A DNA stretch of 64,000 bases from Massalongia carnosa (taxonomy: Eukaryota): assembly GCA_965645245.1 (NCBI GenBank), contig OZ287067.1, forward strand, positions 186,001 to 250,000. The letters run 5' to 3'. The notes under the pieces were generated by a model. It saw nothing but the letters and a program-made list of their open reading frames with translations, was not told where the DNA came from and made no database searches. The stretch's first letter is position 1; every line of letters starts with the position of its first letter. The translations under genes were made by a program, and so were the position numbers. Below, piece by piece: positions 21,935 to 32,857 of the stretch.

Positions 21935-23467
21935 TGTCAGGGTCCTGAGGTCACCTGACATCAGACTAGCATCGATTAGGTAATGTGCCGAGGAACCGAC
22001 TTTTCAGGGGTTATATAGAACTCCGCCCGAGTAAAGCTTTTGGACTTCGTCTGAAGATTTTGGTGTAGAACTAGGCTATTGAAATTGAACTCGTTTTATC
22101 CCTCACACATCATGGCCTACCTGATGTTCTCGTATCAGATCGAGGTTCGCAGTTCGTATCGGAACTATGGGAATTGCTGTGTAAGCGGCTAAAAATCGAC
22201 GCACGGTTGTCCACCGGATACCACCCGGAAACCGATGGCCAGAAAGAACGAGCCAACGCCTCCATGGAGCATTACCTTAGAGCCTATGTCAACCATATGC
22301 AGGATGATTGGGCCAAGTGGCTACCAGGCGCCGAATTCGCGGCTAATAATACGGACTCTTCCACAACTCTTGCTTCGCCATTTCTAGCAAATTCTGGTCA
22401 ACACCCCCGTATAGGATTCGAACCCTCCGAGCCTCTCCCGACGGACATTACCGCTCAAAGTCGAAATAATCTGATCGCAGCTAATAAGTTCGCGGACAGG
22501 ATGAGAGACTTAGAAACTCATCTTCATGATGAAATGTTAATCGCTCAAGCCATCTATGAATCCACTGCCAATGCAAACCGCCGACCATGCCCCCGCTATA
22601 AAGTGGGTGATATGGTATGGTTAAACACAAAGAATCTTCAAACAGCGAGACCCACCGTCAAGTTAGACGATCGAAACATCGGACCCTATGCGGTCAGTCG
22701 AGTTTTCTCGTAATAGGGTAGGCCTAGTATGCGTTCGTTGAACGTAAGACTGGCCTATGTGGCTATGTGGGATACGTACAGCCAAAACAACCACCAAGAC
22801 AATAAGGTCCCGCCTAACCCAGTTAGGCATAGTGTGGGGACTTAACTTATTATGGGGGTGTTTTCGTAGTACACAAAGTATCCCCTCGCCTCGCCTCACC
22901 TCCCCTAGCTCGCCTGCCTAGTCTCATCTACCAGTGTCTTTCGGTGACCGAAGTATTTCGAAGACCGAAAATACCAGGTAGTATGGACAAGGTACGGAAG
23001 AAGAGCTTAGGTTGTGGATTGTCCTATTCTATATAGATCAATGATCATACACTTCAAAAGGGTAGCATTTAGTCTACCCTTTGACCCGATCCAACCTATT
23101 TGTACCTCTATTGTGACCATCACGTTGTGTAGCCCCTGTAGATCCTGTCTTCCAGTAGTGAATGCCTGCTGGGAGAAGGTCTCCCCGTTTCACTTAGTCC
23201 CGTTGCCTAGTTTGTCCCGTTGCCCAGTTAGTTACGTTAGATGCACTCCTAGGCACATAATTATACTCCATTTTCCACCACATGCGACAGTCGTGCTGAG
23301 TCACTTTACCCTTTAAATCATCATTGTACTAGTCCTGAAGAGCTTTTCGCTGAATATTCTTGATTCCATGACGGGTTTTTTTCGGAAGAGGGAAATTGAC
23401 AAAGACATAAAGACAAGCCATTCTCGGGACAAATTTACAGCAGAATCGTAGCAAATATATGACAGCT

Positions 23468-23739
23468 TGTTGAAATAGGTATATGACTATGGCTATATGG
23501 CTATGTAATAATAAAGGTATGTATGACCGTGATATTAAGGATGAAGAGTTGCTATGCAGCAATCTTTTCCAATTACTGGTCACCCTTCTAAGCGAGGTGA
23601 TCTTATCTTATCTTGGGACTAAGCCTAATGCGGCATCTACGGTTTCCGTAGATCATCTGTCAATCTAGGGCAGCCGTAGGTGCTATGTTCATTGAACTGA
23701 TAGGTGTTTATTGTGCTAGTAGGAATTGGATATTCAACA
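23468..23739. repeat. Solo LTR (272 bp)
   Basis: tgttgaa...ttcaaca; TSD CAGCT; inverted homolog of the interrupted LTR 46931-56819. Confidence 0.92.
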
Positions 23740-24725
23740 CAGCTTAATTACCTCGCTATAACGAACGTCACCAAAAATTTGAAAATAATTCTCGTTATAT
23801 CGTTATAAAGTGTTATTCGTTATCCCTTCGTTGGCCAGAATAGCAGCTATTTCGGTAGTATTGAATATTACAACACCGTCAGTCGGGTAATGACTAATAA
23901 CTTTAATCCGACCAATCAGATTTACTGAATTTTCTATTTTCGTAAAAAATGAGTACATCGCTATCATTACCTAGGTAAAATGTCTAGCGGCTATTTTTAA
24001 AATGTCCCAACACGACTCCCATTTATAACAAGCCCCATAGCTCTTATATTGCCATATGGTCTGAGATGCGCGTCTTTTTTTGGTGCAGTTTCTATTCGTT
24101 TCCTGTAATTGTCGGCGCCGCTTGAGCTGAGGTAGTTGACTTTTTTATCTTTTTAGAAAAATACTCCCGTTCGCACGGGGACGGAGTCGACTTGACATTC
24201 CGATTAGAAATTACCACGACGTCTAATTTGCCTTTTCGCAGGGCACCAGCCTGATTAGTGAGTAAAGCTTTCAATATTTATTGTTGAAATCTCGATGACT
24301 CAACGCTGAATTAGAGTACAGAATTTGCAAAAGCTTGACTGCGTTCAACACAGCTGTTTTCAAAATGAAAATGAATGAAGGCCATCAATAGCGACGATCA
24401 GATGCCCGAGGATTATAGTATGATCGTTGTTGTGCATTACTATCCGACCTACCCATATATTGATTGTATTCGACAATAAGCATTGGAAATAGAAGCTTCT
24501 TTTCATTAGCATTACCATTAATAGTAATAGCCGAATCTTCGGGAATTCCATGACGACGCCGAGAATCTTTATAGACAAAAGTTGATAAATCCTCAATGAT
24601 ATGAATAGTAGTCCTAAATTGTCCTTTGTTTAAATCTACCCAAGCTAAATATAACATATTACCTTCTTCAATATTTAATTTCTTATCAGCTTTGACCGTC
24701 ATGAAAGCTTTTTTCCCCTAGTACT

Positions 24726-25090
24726 TGTCATGGAGTGACTGGGCACCTGCCAGTTAGTTCATTGAACCAACCTTAGCTGCTTGAACGAAGCACTAGCCGG
24801 CTAGCCGATCCGAAAGGAACTAAGCTTAATCAGGTTTAGTTAGGGCAAAGGTAAGTGTTCCGGCTGAAGGTAAGTGTTCCGACTGTCATAGCGATAGTTT
24901 CATGCTAGGGACTTGGGGGAAATTGGATCAACGGCTGGATTGGGACTAGTTCCGTTCGCCAGAGTCTTATACTCGCCCACCTTGGATTTTCTGTTTCTTT
25001 TCTCCTTGTCGAACGTCTTGTCCACCTAGCTAGACAATCAAGTAACACGTTTGCACCACCTGAATTCCTACCTAACCTCGCACCGTGACA
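24726..25090. repeat. Solo LTR (365 bp)
   Basis: tgtcatgg...ccgtgaca; TSD GTACT; homolog at 26598-26964. Confidence 0.92.
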
Positions 25091-25568
25091 GTACTTATTC
25101 TTAGTAGCAGCTGCAAGAAGTCGTAAAATTTCTTTAGAAAATCCACATCCGGCCTCAGCCGTCCCACAAGCACCTATCCCTATAGTTTTTTAAAGCTTTA
25201 AATAACTTCGTACTGGTGAAGAAGTTATCTAGAAATATAACGTATTTAGTTAAATAGTATATCAGTGAGGGAGGAGAGAAGACTACATGAAGGTATGTTC
25301 TATTGAGATCTGTCTACATGGCTATTATATACTGCCTAGCGCGCCAAGGCTCGCAGGGCTACGCTACACCTATAAAGGGGGTTACAGGATAATTTAACAT
25401 CATCTTATCTTTGAGGTAAAAAGAAAATAAAGAGATAATTTTCTTGATATAGACTGTAGATTTTAAACCCTACCCCAGCAGCTTTAGTGGCAATTAGCAT
25501 GGTGCGACAACTTCTCCCTCTGAATAAAATCAATGTTCATCAATTGACAAATGACTACCAGGTATCTA

Positions 25569-26581
25569 TGTAATACGGATGGCGCTAGAAGGATACGTGA
25601 TCGCCTATGGCGGTTGCGGGATTAACTAGCGTGGACCATGCCGTAGTACGAAGTCGCATAAGCCGTCGAGGCTGACACACTGCCATCTTGCCCTGAAACT
25701 TCGGAGTTATTGTTATCACGTTCTTGACTACTTACAGATCAAACACCTGTCGAGGCCGTGGTGGTAGATTGCCATGGAGTGTAAGGCGGACTCCTGTGGA
25801 GACGCCGAGGAACTCTATATGGGATCTACTGGCCTACTCGGAGCTACTGGATCTCTTGATGGATCAAGAGAGGTAGCAGGAGGCACGGCTCGCTGGACGC
25901 AGCTTGAGCTAGGCTCCCCGGTGTAAACTTCAGCTTCAACCTTTATTACTACGTTGGTAGTGATGTCGGCTGAATGAACCTACATGACCTCGTTGTCTAG
26001 ACCTTGTGTCTAGAGGCAGGTCCGCAGTGTAGCGAGGTATTCAGTCGGAGGTAACCTTCCATCACTAGGTAGTGGTGACGGCGAAATGAAGCTACATAGC
26101 CTGAGGCATGTAGTGAGGGATCTAGCCGGGGGTAGAATTGTTCTACCTTGCAAGGGAAGATCTAGAAGGCTGCTCGAGGCTGACTAGATGATACAGCGAA
26201 CGCCGAGTTCGTGGATGGATCCTGAGGGATGGTTGGATGTAATGCGATAAAGTCAGATGTGGATTGCAAGGCTGTAATGCTCGCAAGACTCCCAAGGCTT
26301 GCAAGGCTCCCAAGGCTATAGGCTTGGGGTGAGTAGGATAAATATCAGAACAAATCTTGTAGTATTCGTTAGCAATTAGTCTTTATTCTATGAACAACCT
26401 ACGTTTGGGTCTCGGACGAGATCTCTTGGTCTAAGCACTTCCACATCCATTAGTTCTTTGGATCACGTATACTCTCGGAGACTAGCAAGTAGTAGCTATC
26501 TTCCTCCTCTGACGCTGAGCATTTCCCCTTTCGAGATCAGTGTCGCTCGTGATAAGCTTACTGGTCTCGTAGCCCATTACA
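25569..26581. repeat. Long solo LTR (1013 bp)
   Basis: tgtaat...attaca inverted ends; TSD ATCTA (25564-25568, 26582-26586); its first ~80 bp recur at 35464. Confidence 0.85.
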
Positions 26582-26597
26582 ATCTAATACTTTTATA

Positions 26598-26964
26598 TGT
26601 CATGGAGTGACTGGGCAGTTAGTTTATTGAATCAACCTAAGTTTATTAAACCAACCTTAGCTGTTTGAACGAAGCACTAGCCGGCAAGCCCATCCGAAAG
26701 GAACTAAGCTTAATCCGGTTTAGTCAGTGCGAAGGTAAGTGTTCCGACTATCAATAGTATCATGGCGATAGTTTCATGCCAGGGATTTGGGGGAAATTGG
26801 ATCAGCGGCTGGATTGTGACTAGTTCCGTTCGCCAGAGTCTTATACTCGCCTACGTTGGATTTTCTGTTTCTTTTCTCCTTGTCGAACGTCTTCTCCACC
26901 TAGCTAGACAATCAAGTAATAAGTTTGCACAATCTGAGTTTCTACCAGACCTCGTACCGTGACA
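26598..26964. repeat. Solo LTR, diverged direct copy of 24726-25090
   Basis: Same termini and body; flanks TTATA/TTTTG do not form a clean TSD. Confidence 0.85.
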
Positions 26965-27083
26965 TTTTGAAGCCATTCGAAAATTCGTTGCTTAAGGCTC
27001 AAGTTTTTTCTACCAATCAGGGCCCCGTGTATCAATATTCTTATCATCATCGGGATTGGAAATTTTCAATATCCGTTTGAGTT

Positions 27084-27872
27084 TGTTACGATAATATAAC
27101 TGAGTATGCTTTCGTACTCTAACCCTTGCTTATCTCCGTGATTAGCCCGGCTTAACCGGGTAACTCTTTAGACCTTCCATGATACAAGCTGGTGCAGATT
27201 AGGACTAGTCTAGATTAGCTGTATATAGACGAGCTTGCTCGCATATCTCAATGGACATCTGTCACGGACAAGGTCTAGATAGGGAGATATACAAGAGTTA
27301 CTATTAGAAAGCTAAGTCTAGGGATAGTATACAAGATGTCAGACCAAGAGCTCCAAACACCTGAGAAACCACATAGGTTTTATAGCCATGGCTTCCAACT
27401 CCCCTATTCTTGACTTGCCCTCATCTCTGTTCCTGTTCTAATTTCCTAACCATGATCGCTTTGACCTGTTCCGTCTTTCTCCATGCCGAAGCAATCTCTC
27501 TCTGCTGGGCAATCCTAGTCGTAGGCTTGGATAGTAGAGACGTTGAGATTTGATTCGGGATATAGGAGTTTGGGAGTGCACTGAAGGCAGCGGAAGAACG
27601 TCTAAACACGTGGGGTGAGGTTTCAGGATAGTTTGGAATAACGGGCTACGGTTCTATTCAACATGCAGGGCAAGTTTCACGGCAAGAGAGCCTGTTAAAT
27701 ACTAACCCGATCAGGAAACGTGGGAGGGTGCGAGGTAATTCCATGACAACATCCTTTCACAAAGCCTTATTATGATGAGTACCTTTACGGAGTTGCTGCC
27801 AGCGGCAACGAGTTATACTCTTAAAAATCAATTCATGAATAGCAAACTTAGGATCCGTTATCTAGTACCGTA
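27084..27872. repeat. Probable older LTR hosting the G1-family solo LTR
   Basis: Begins tgttacg and ends ccgta (expected cgtaaca), apparently cut at that TA by the pogo element; no TSD visible. Confidence 0.4.
27260..27748 (-). repeat. Solo LTR of the G1 family, inverted
   Basis: Reverse complement of 10889-11378 with scattered substitutions; TSD ACATC. Confidence 0.93.
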
Positions 27873-28439
27873 ACTCACTAGTCAACGGGACAAACCGCTC
27901 AACGGGACTAAGAAAATCCGAAAATATCAATTTTTGGACTATCTTACATGTTGAAGCCTTTTTATCGTACATTTTCCATACAAAAGTAGCTTCAAATAAT
28001 AAAACTAACCAATATCATATTATTAAACAGTATAGTCATTGCCATTTGTAAAAAATCCTCCTCTAAAAAAACCTCCAAGCTTCTTTCTTCCCACCCTACC
28101 TCCGCGTATCAACAACGATAACAATCAGCTTTTCTGGCCTGGAAACAGACCGACAAGACTCTTTCCATCACGAAGGCAGCTGCTCTGTATGGCGTTTTAA
28201 AGTCCACCCTTAATGCACGCATTCAGGGTCGTCAACCACGATTTTCATCCGATCAAGTCAGACAGCTGTTGACACCTATGAGAGGGACAGTATACACTAG
28301 TCCTAATGGGTTATAATGCTCAGTGTGACTGCTAATAGATTGCTAGATGCTAAAGCTAAAAGCTGATTCCCTGAAGATGGGAATCGAGCTTTCTATATAC
28401 CCCTTGGGGTCCTATTTACTAACTACTTGTCTGGTTACC

Positions 28440-28570
28440 TGTCTGCCTTGTTGTCTTCAGCTGAGGTCTAGTAGATAGCCTTGCTGCCTTCAGCTGAGGT
28501 CTAGCAAATAACCTTGTTGCCTTCAGCTGAGGTCTAGCAGATAGCCTTGTTGCCTTCAGCTGAGGTCTCC
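28440..28570. repeat. 33-bp tandem repeat, ~4 units
   Basis: gccttgttgccttcagctgaggtctagcagata units. Confidence 0.88.
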
Positions 28571-28822
28571 TAGGCGTCCCAGGTGTAAGGAAGCTGTCGT
28601 CGATTCTAATCAACCGCTATTAAACTAAAATTTATCTACAAAAGAAGAAAAGAAACATTGTGCGCGACTCGCTAGAAATATCTGCACCGAGTGTCGCGCT
28701 AGCCTCGCGTGCTCGCGTGCTCCCCCCTTCCATCTCAGCCTTATGTCAGGCTAGGACCCTGACACTATCCCCCCTTCTATTGGCAAGGTCTCCGAAGCGC
28801 TAAGTGGCAGGCGCCCTGCCAG

Positions 28823-31800
28823 CTAGCCTGATTCTTGATTATCATCTATTTTTGTTAGATCATCTGGTGGTTTGGGTTTCTGTGGATGTTCTCGATGATA
28901 TTGGAGGATTTTGTCCTTTGAATTCTTGAAGTCGGTCCATGGTTGCCAGTAAGGGTTCGCGTTCCATTCATCCCAATTTCCAATGAAGGTTGCTTTGTAC
29001 TGCACGCCGAACTTTCTTGTTTCGCGGCAGTCTATTATTTCGAGGACTTCCCATTCTTCGTGGGCCTCCTCTTCGTCGTTTTCGGTTATGGCTATGGGCG
29101 GTCCAGGCGGTACGACTTGTCCTGGGAATGGGTTGGAAGGTGCGAGATGTAGCTTCCACGGATGAAAGATGGGGGTAAGCCCGACGTTCTTTAACTGATC
29201 CGGGATCTCTAATTCGTATGCTTTATTGTCAATAATTCTTATTATCTTCCATGGTCCTATGTTCTTGAAGCTTAATGATCTGCTGGGTCTTTCTGAAGCA
29301 AAGTGCTTGGCGTTTACATAAACCATGTCCCCGATTTTGTATTCCGGGTGAGGTTGACGGCCTTTGTTTGCGTGTCGTGTTTGTTCTTCCTGAGCCCAGG
29401 CTAATTGATCTCGGAGCCAGGTTCGCATGGCTTCTTGCCGTTCTATGATTTTGTCAGCATGCAGTATCTCTACTTTTCCTTTTCCTTCGTATGTGCCTGG
29501 TGGTTCGATGCCACAGCGTGGGTGGAAGCCATGGTCTGCGAAGAATGGAGTCATTCCCATTGATACATTTACATGATTGTTGGCGGCAAACTCTGCGTCT
29601 GAAAGATAATCCACCCAGTTGTCTTGTGTGTAATTGACGTATGCTCGGAGATACTTTTTCATTACCTTGTTGGCGTTTTCGGTTTGACCGTCTGTTTCGG
29701 GATGATGTGCAGATGAGAATTTGATTTTCACCCCGTATCTTTCGCAAACTCTTTTCCATAAGTGAGCGGTTAGTTGACTACCGCGATCGTTTACTGTTGA
29801 TATAGGAAATCCGTAAGAGGAGAATAATCTCCTGGACATCGCATCCATCAGTTCATCAGTAGAGAGAGAGGTTAGTGGTTCATATAATCGTCTTTTCGTT
29901 AAACGATCTACTATCACTAATATGTGTTGATAGACTCTGTTTCGTCTTCGGCATTCTGGAAGGAATTCGACGAAGTCCAATGACACGTCCATCCATTTTC
30001 TATTTGGAATAGGAAGAGGATTCAGCAGGCCTTGCTTCTTGTCGTTGTATGCTTTTGATCTTCGGCATACGGAGCAGTTAACTGCGTATCTCTTGCAGTG
30101 ATCCTTCATTTCAAACCAGAAATAATTTTCTCTCATTATCTGATACATACTTTTGTATCCCGGATGGCCCTGTAATGGTGGTTCGTGATGCTTTTTCAGT
30201 AAATGTAGCTGCAATGGCTCGTAATCTGGTACGTATAGTCTTCCTTTGACATACAGCTTGTCGTTTTCTAGTTTGAGGTCCCCCATTGCTAGCTTTATTC
30301 CTCTTTTTATGAGGTTCAATGGGAGTTTCCTCACTTCCTTCCTCTTTGCTGCTACTATGTCTTGAACTGTTTCGTCTTTTTCGTAAGCTTCTTCAATTAG
30401 TTCCTCCAAAGTCTTCGTTACTGAGCTCTCGGTCTCGTCGATCACTGATGTAGGTTCTGCGTTGGGTTCCTCCGATCCTGTTGTGTCTTCCTCGATGAAT
30501 TCGCTTTGATTATCTTGATTGTTATCGTCGTCGTCGTCGTCCGCTGTGTTTGCGCAGAACACGACTGCTAACGCTTTTCGTACATCGTCATCTAGTTGAT
30601 GCTCTTGAAGCAGCGTTTGAAACTGATGTTGCTCTCTGATATCTTCGAATCCTTTCGGGAGATCTTGAGAGCGTCGAGTAAGCGTATCCGGTTTCTCTCC
30701 TTGCTTTCCCGGTCGATACATAATCTTGAAATTAAATTCGGAAAGAAATTCGGCCCATCTGGCTTGCCTTCTGTTTAGCTGCTTCGTGGTCATGAAGTGC
30801 TCTAAATTCTTGTGATCGGTGTATACTTTAACAGGTTTATCAGGAGCAGCACTTGCAACCTCGGGGCGCCAGACTTCGAAGCTCTTTACAATAGCGAGGA
30901 GTTCCTTATCATAAATCATATAGTTACACTCGGCAGGGGTCATCTTCTTGGAAAAATAGGCTACCGGTTTCAGTACTCCATCGTGCATTTGAGAGAGTAC
31001 TCCGGCGCTGACGAAATCTGAAGAGTCAGTCTCGACCCATGTTTCCAGGGCCGGATCGTAATGTGCTAAGACGGGAGCGGTGGTGAACGCAATTTTTAAA
31101 TCTTCGAAGGCCTTTTGACAATCTTCAGACCATACGAACGAATTATACTTGGTTCGTTTCTTTCCTGATTTCGTCGTTATTTGTTCGCCCTTTGTTAATT
31201 CTGTTAACGATCTCGTCCGTTGCGAAAATCTCGATATAAATCGTCGATAAAAATTCGCAAAGCCTAAAAATGCTTGCACGTCTTTTACGGAGCCTGGGGT
31301 CTCCCATTTCAGAATCGCCTCGATTTTCTCCGAGTCCATCTTTATTCCATCGGTGGTAACTATTAATCCAAGATACTTTACTTCCGTCACAGAGAATTCG
31401 CATTTGTCTATGTCCACTTGCAGTCCTTTCTCCTTCAATCGAGTTAGAACTTTTAACACTTGTTCGGAATGCTCTTCTTCCTTTTCGCTATAAATTAGGA
31501 CATCGTCCAAGTACGCAGTGCAGAAGACGTCTAAGTATTCTCTGACTGTATCGTTAATGAAGCTCTGAAAGGTTCCCGGAGCGTTGCAGAGACCGAATGG
31601 CATTACCAGATATTCGAACTGACCATATCTGGTATTGAAAGCCGTTAGCCATTCGTGGCCTTCCTTCATTCTCATACGATTGAAAGCGGTAATCACATCC
31701 AGTTTTGTGAACTTCTTGGCTTGTGATAGTTTTCCCAACGTTTCATTTATCAACGGTATTGGGTACCTGTTCTTGATCGTGATGGAGTTTAAGGCTCTAT

Positions 31801-32857
31801 AATCTACGCAAAATCTTAAACCACCCCCTGGTTTTCTAACTAAAAGAACGGGGGCTGCTGCGCTTGACGAACTTGGACGGATGAAGCCTTTTCCCAGATG
31901 CTCGTCGATGTATTTTTTAACCGCTTCCAATTCTTGTTCTGACATGGGTTTATAGTTCCTTACGTACGGAGCTTCTTTTCCCGCTTCGAGATTTATCTGA
32001 TGATCCTCCTTCCGGTGTTCAGGCAGTTCATCCGCCTTGTGCTTCATGAAAACATCTATTACGCTGTGATAAGCTGCTGGGACTCTCTCCAACAACTCCT
32101 CTCGGGTGTATTCCGGTTTTCCCTTCATGAACTTGTCGTAATCTCCTGATGTCACTGCTCCGGTGGTAGTTGCGCAGAAGGCCTTCTTTGTTTCTCGAGG
32201 AATCCATAGATAGCCGTCGTGATCCTTCTTTCTGGCCATTCGAAATAAGTGTTTTGCGTTGACTGGAAGAACTTCGATGTCTTCCTTAGGCTCGATCCTA
32301 TTCTTAACCTTGCTTCCCACAGCGAATTCGGTGCAAGTTATCCCTCGTGTAAGACATCCTTTTTCAAGACAATCTGATGAGTTGAACTTCATCGTTCTCT
32401 CTTTCCAATTGATCATTGGGTTGTGCGTTTGCAGCCATCCATCCCCTAAAATGACTGCATACGCTTCTAGTTTTGCCAAATAACATAAGACTTGCTCTTC
32501 GTGATCTCCGATTTTCACGTCGATCAAGGCGGCCTTCGAGAGGAGCTGTACTACCTCTCCATTTCCCAAAGTAAGTTTCACCTTCTCATCCAATTTGAAG
32601 GTGTTCAATTTGTGTTTACGCACAAAGGATTCGTCAATGAGTTCAGCTTCACTTCCATTATCGATAAGTAAACGGGTTTTAATTCCAGCTATGCTAGTTT
32701 TAAAAACTAAATGCTTGCCCTCGATTTTCTTTTCAGTATCGCGGACAGCACAAGTAGAGACCCTAATCATTTTCGTTTCAGTGTCACCGTTCCCATTAAC
32801 AACCTCCTTGTTTGTAAGCCCTTGATCGCGATTTCGATCAAGGACTAGGCTTTTCCC
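28823..32857 (-). CDS. pol: G3 Pol (PR-RT-RNase H-IN-chromodomain), entered by a probable -1 frameshift near 32855; ORF track start 32770
   Basis: LIDNGSE, YLDDVLIYS, ETDSSD, HHCC, DRGSQL, HPETDGQTE, EWEVLEIID..WQP. Confidence 0.94.
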   Translation of the reverse strand, partial: GKSLVLDRNRDQGLTNKEVVNGNGDTETKMIRVSTCAVRDTEKKIEGKHLVFKTSIAGIKTRLLIDNGSEAELIDESFVRKHKLNTFKLDEKVKLTLGNGEVVQLLSKAALIDVKIGDHEEQVLCYLAKLEAYAVILGDGWLQTHNPMINWKERTMKFNSSDCLEKGCLTRGITCTEFAVGSKVKNRIEPKEDIEVLPVNAKHLFRMARKKDHDGYLWIPRETKKAFCATTTGAVTSGDYDKFMKGKPEYTREELLERVPAAYHSVIDVFMKHKADELPEHRKEDHQINLEAGKEAPYVRNYKPMSEQELEAVKKYIDEHLGKGFIRPSSSSAAAPVLLVRKPGGGLRFCVDYRALNSITIKNRYPIPLINETLGKLSQAKKFTKLDVITAFNRMRMKEGHEWLTAFNTRYGQFEYLVMPFGLCNAPGTFQSFINDTVREYLDVFCTAYLDDVLIYSEKEEEHSEQVLKVLTRLKEKGLQVDIDKCEFSVTEVKYLGLIVTTDGIKMDSEKIEAILKWETPGSVKDVQAFLGFANFYRRFISRFSQRTRSLTELTKGEQITTKSGKKRTKYNSFVWSEDCQKAFEDLKIAFTTAPVLAHYDPALETWVETDSSDFVSAGVLSQMHDGVLKPVAYFSKKMTPAECNYMIYDKELLAIVKSFEVWRPEVASAAPDKPVKVYTDHKNLEHFMTTKQLNRRQARWAEFLSEFNFKIMYRPGKQGEKPDTLTRRSQDLPKGFEDIREQHQFQTLLQEHQLDDDVRKALAVVFCANTADDDDDDNNQDNQSEFIEEDTTGSEEPNAEPTSVIDETESSVTKTLEELIEEAYEKDETVQDIVAAKRKEVRKLPLNLIKRGIKLAMGDLKLENDKLYVKGRLYVPDYEPLQLHLLKKHHEPPLQGHPGYKSMYQIMRENYFWFEMKDHCKRYAVNCSVCRRSKAYNDKKQGLLNPLPIPNRKWMDVSLDFVEFLPECRRRNRVYQHILVIVDRLTKRRLYEPLTSLSTDELMDAMSRRLFSSYGFPISTVNDRGSQLTAHLWKRVCERYGVKIKFSSAHHPETDGQTENANKVMKKYLRAYVNYTQDNWVDYLSDAEFAANNHVNVSMGMTPFFADHGFHPRCGIEPPGTYEGKGKVEILHADKIIERQEAMRTWLRDQLAWAQEEQTRHANKGRQPHPEYKIGDMVYVNAKHFASERPSRSLSFKNIGPWKIIRIIDNKAYELEIPDQLKNVGLTPIFHPWKLHLAPSNPFPGQVVPPGPPIAITENDEEEAHEEWEVLEIIDCRETRKFGVQYKATFIGNWDEWNANPYWQPWTDFKNSKDKILQYHREHPQKPKPPDDLTKIDDNQESG

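Larger units (their letters stand above)
16057..22107 (+). mobile_element. Intact chromovirus G2 (6051 bp)
   Basis: 173-bp LTRs at 16057-16229 and 21935-22107 read identical; TSD CATCA (16052-16056, 22108-22112); PPT agaggagggg; open gag and pol. Confidence 0.96.
10889..22709 (+). mobile_element. Gypsy element G1: decayed, 3'-truncated, host of nested G2
   Basis: 5' LTR 10889-11378, gag, PR-RT-RH-IN; integrase split by G2 at 16057-22112 and resumes in ORF 22174..22713; no 3' LTR. Confidence 0.92.
12645..22713 (+). pseudogene. pol: G1 pol with frameshifts, a stop at 14248 and the G2 insertion
   Basis: LVDCGASG protease, [26 protein letters not shown] RNase H, HHCC, HPETDGQ integrase. Confidence 0.9.
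24000..27060 (-). pseudogene. piggyBac-like transposase remnant interrupted by three solo LTRs; boundaries approximate
   Basis: Minus-strand fragments PGSHLSIDE..GFKIYS (~25450-25560), LYFLDNFFTSTKLFKAL..GIGACGT (~25150-25245), VEYNQYMGRSDSNAQQRSYY..RRY (24385-24480), decayed Cys-rich tail. TTAA/TIR ends not found. Confidence 0.7.

Noticed and set aside
24726..26964. The two direct LTR copies as ends of one non-autonomous element
   Set aside because: The first copy has its own TSD (GTACT), and the interior is piggyBac remnant plus another solo LTR.
10889..27748. G1 LTR and 27260-27748 as a pair or as large TIRs
   Set aside because: Opposite orientation, and the second has its own TSD (ACATC), so it is an independent solo LTR.
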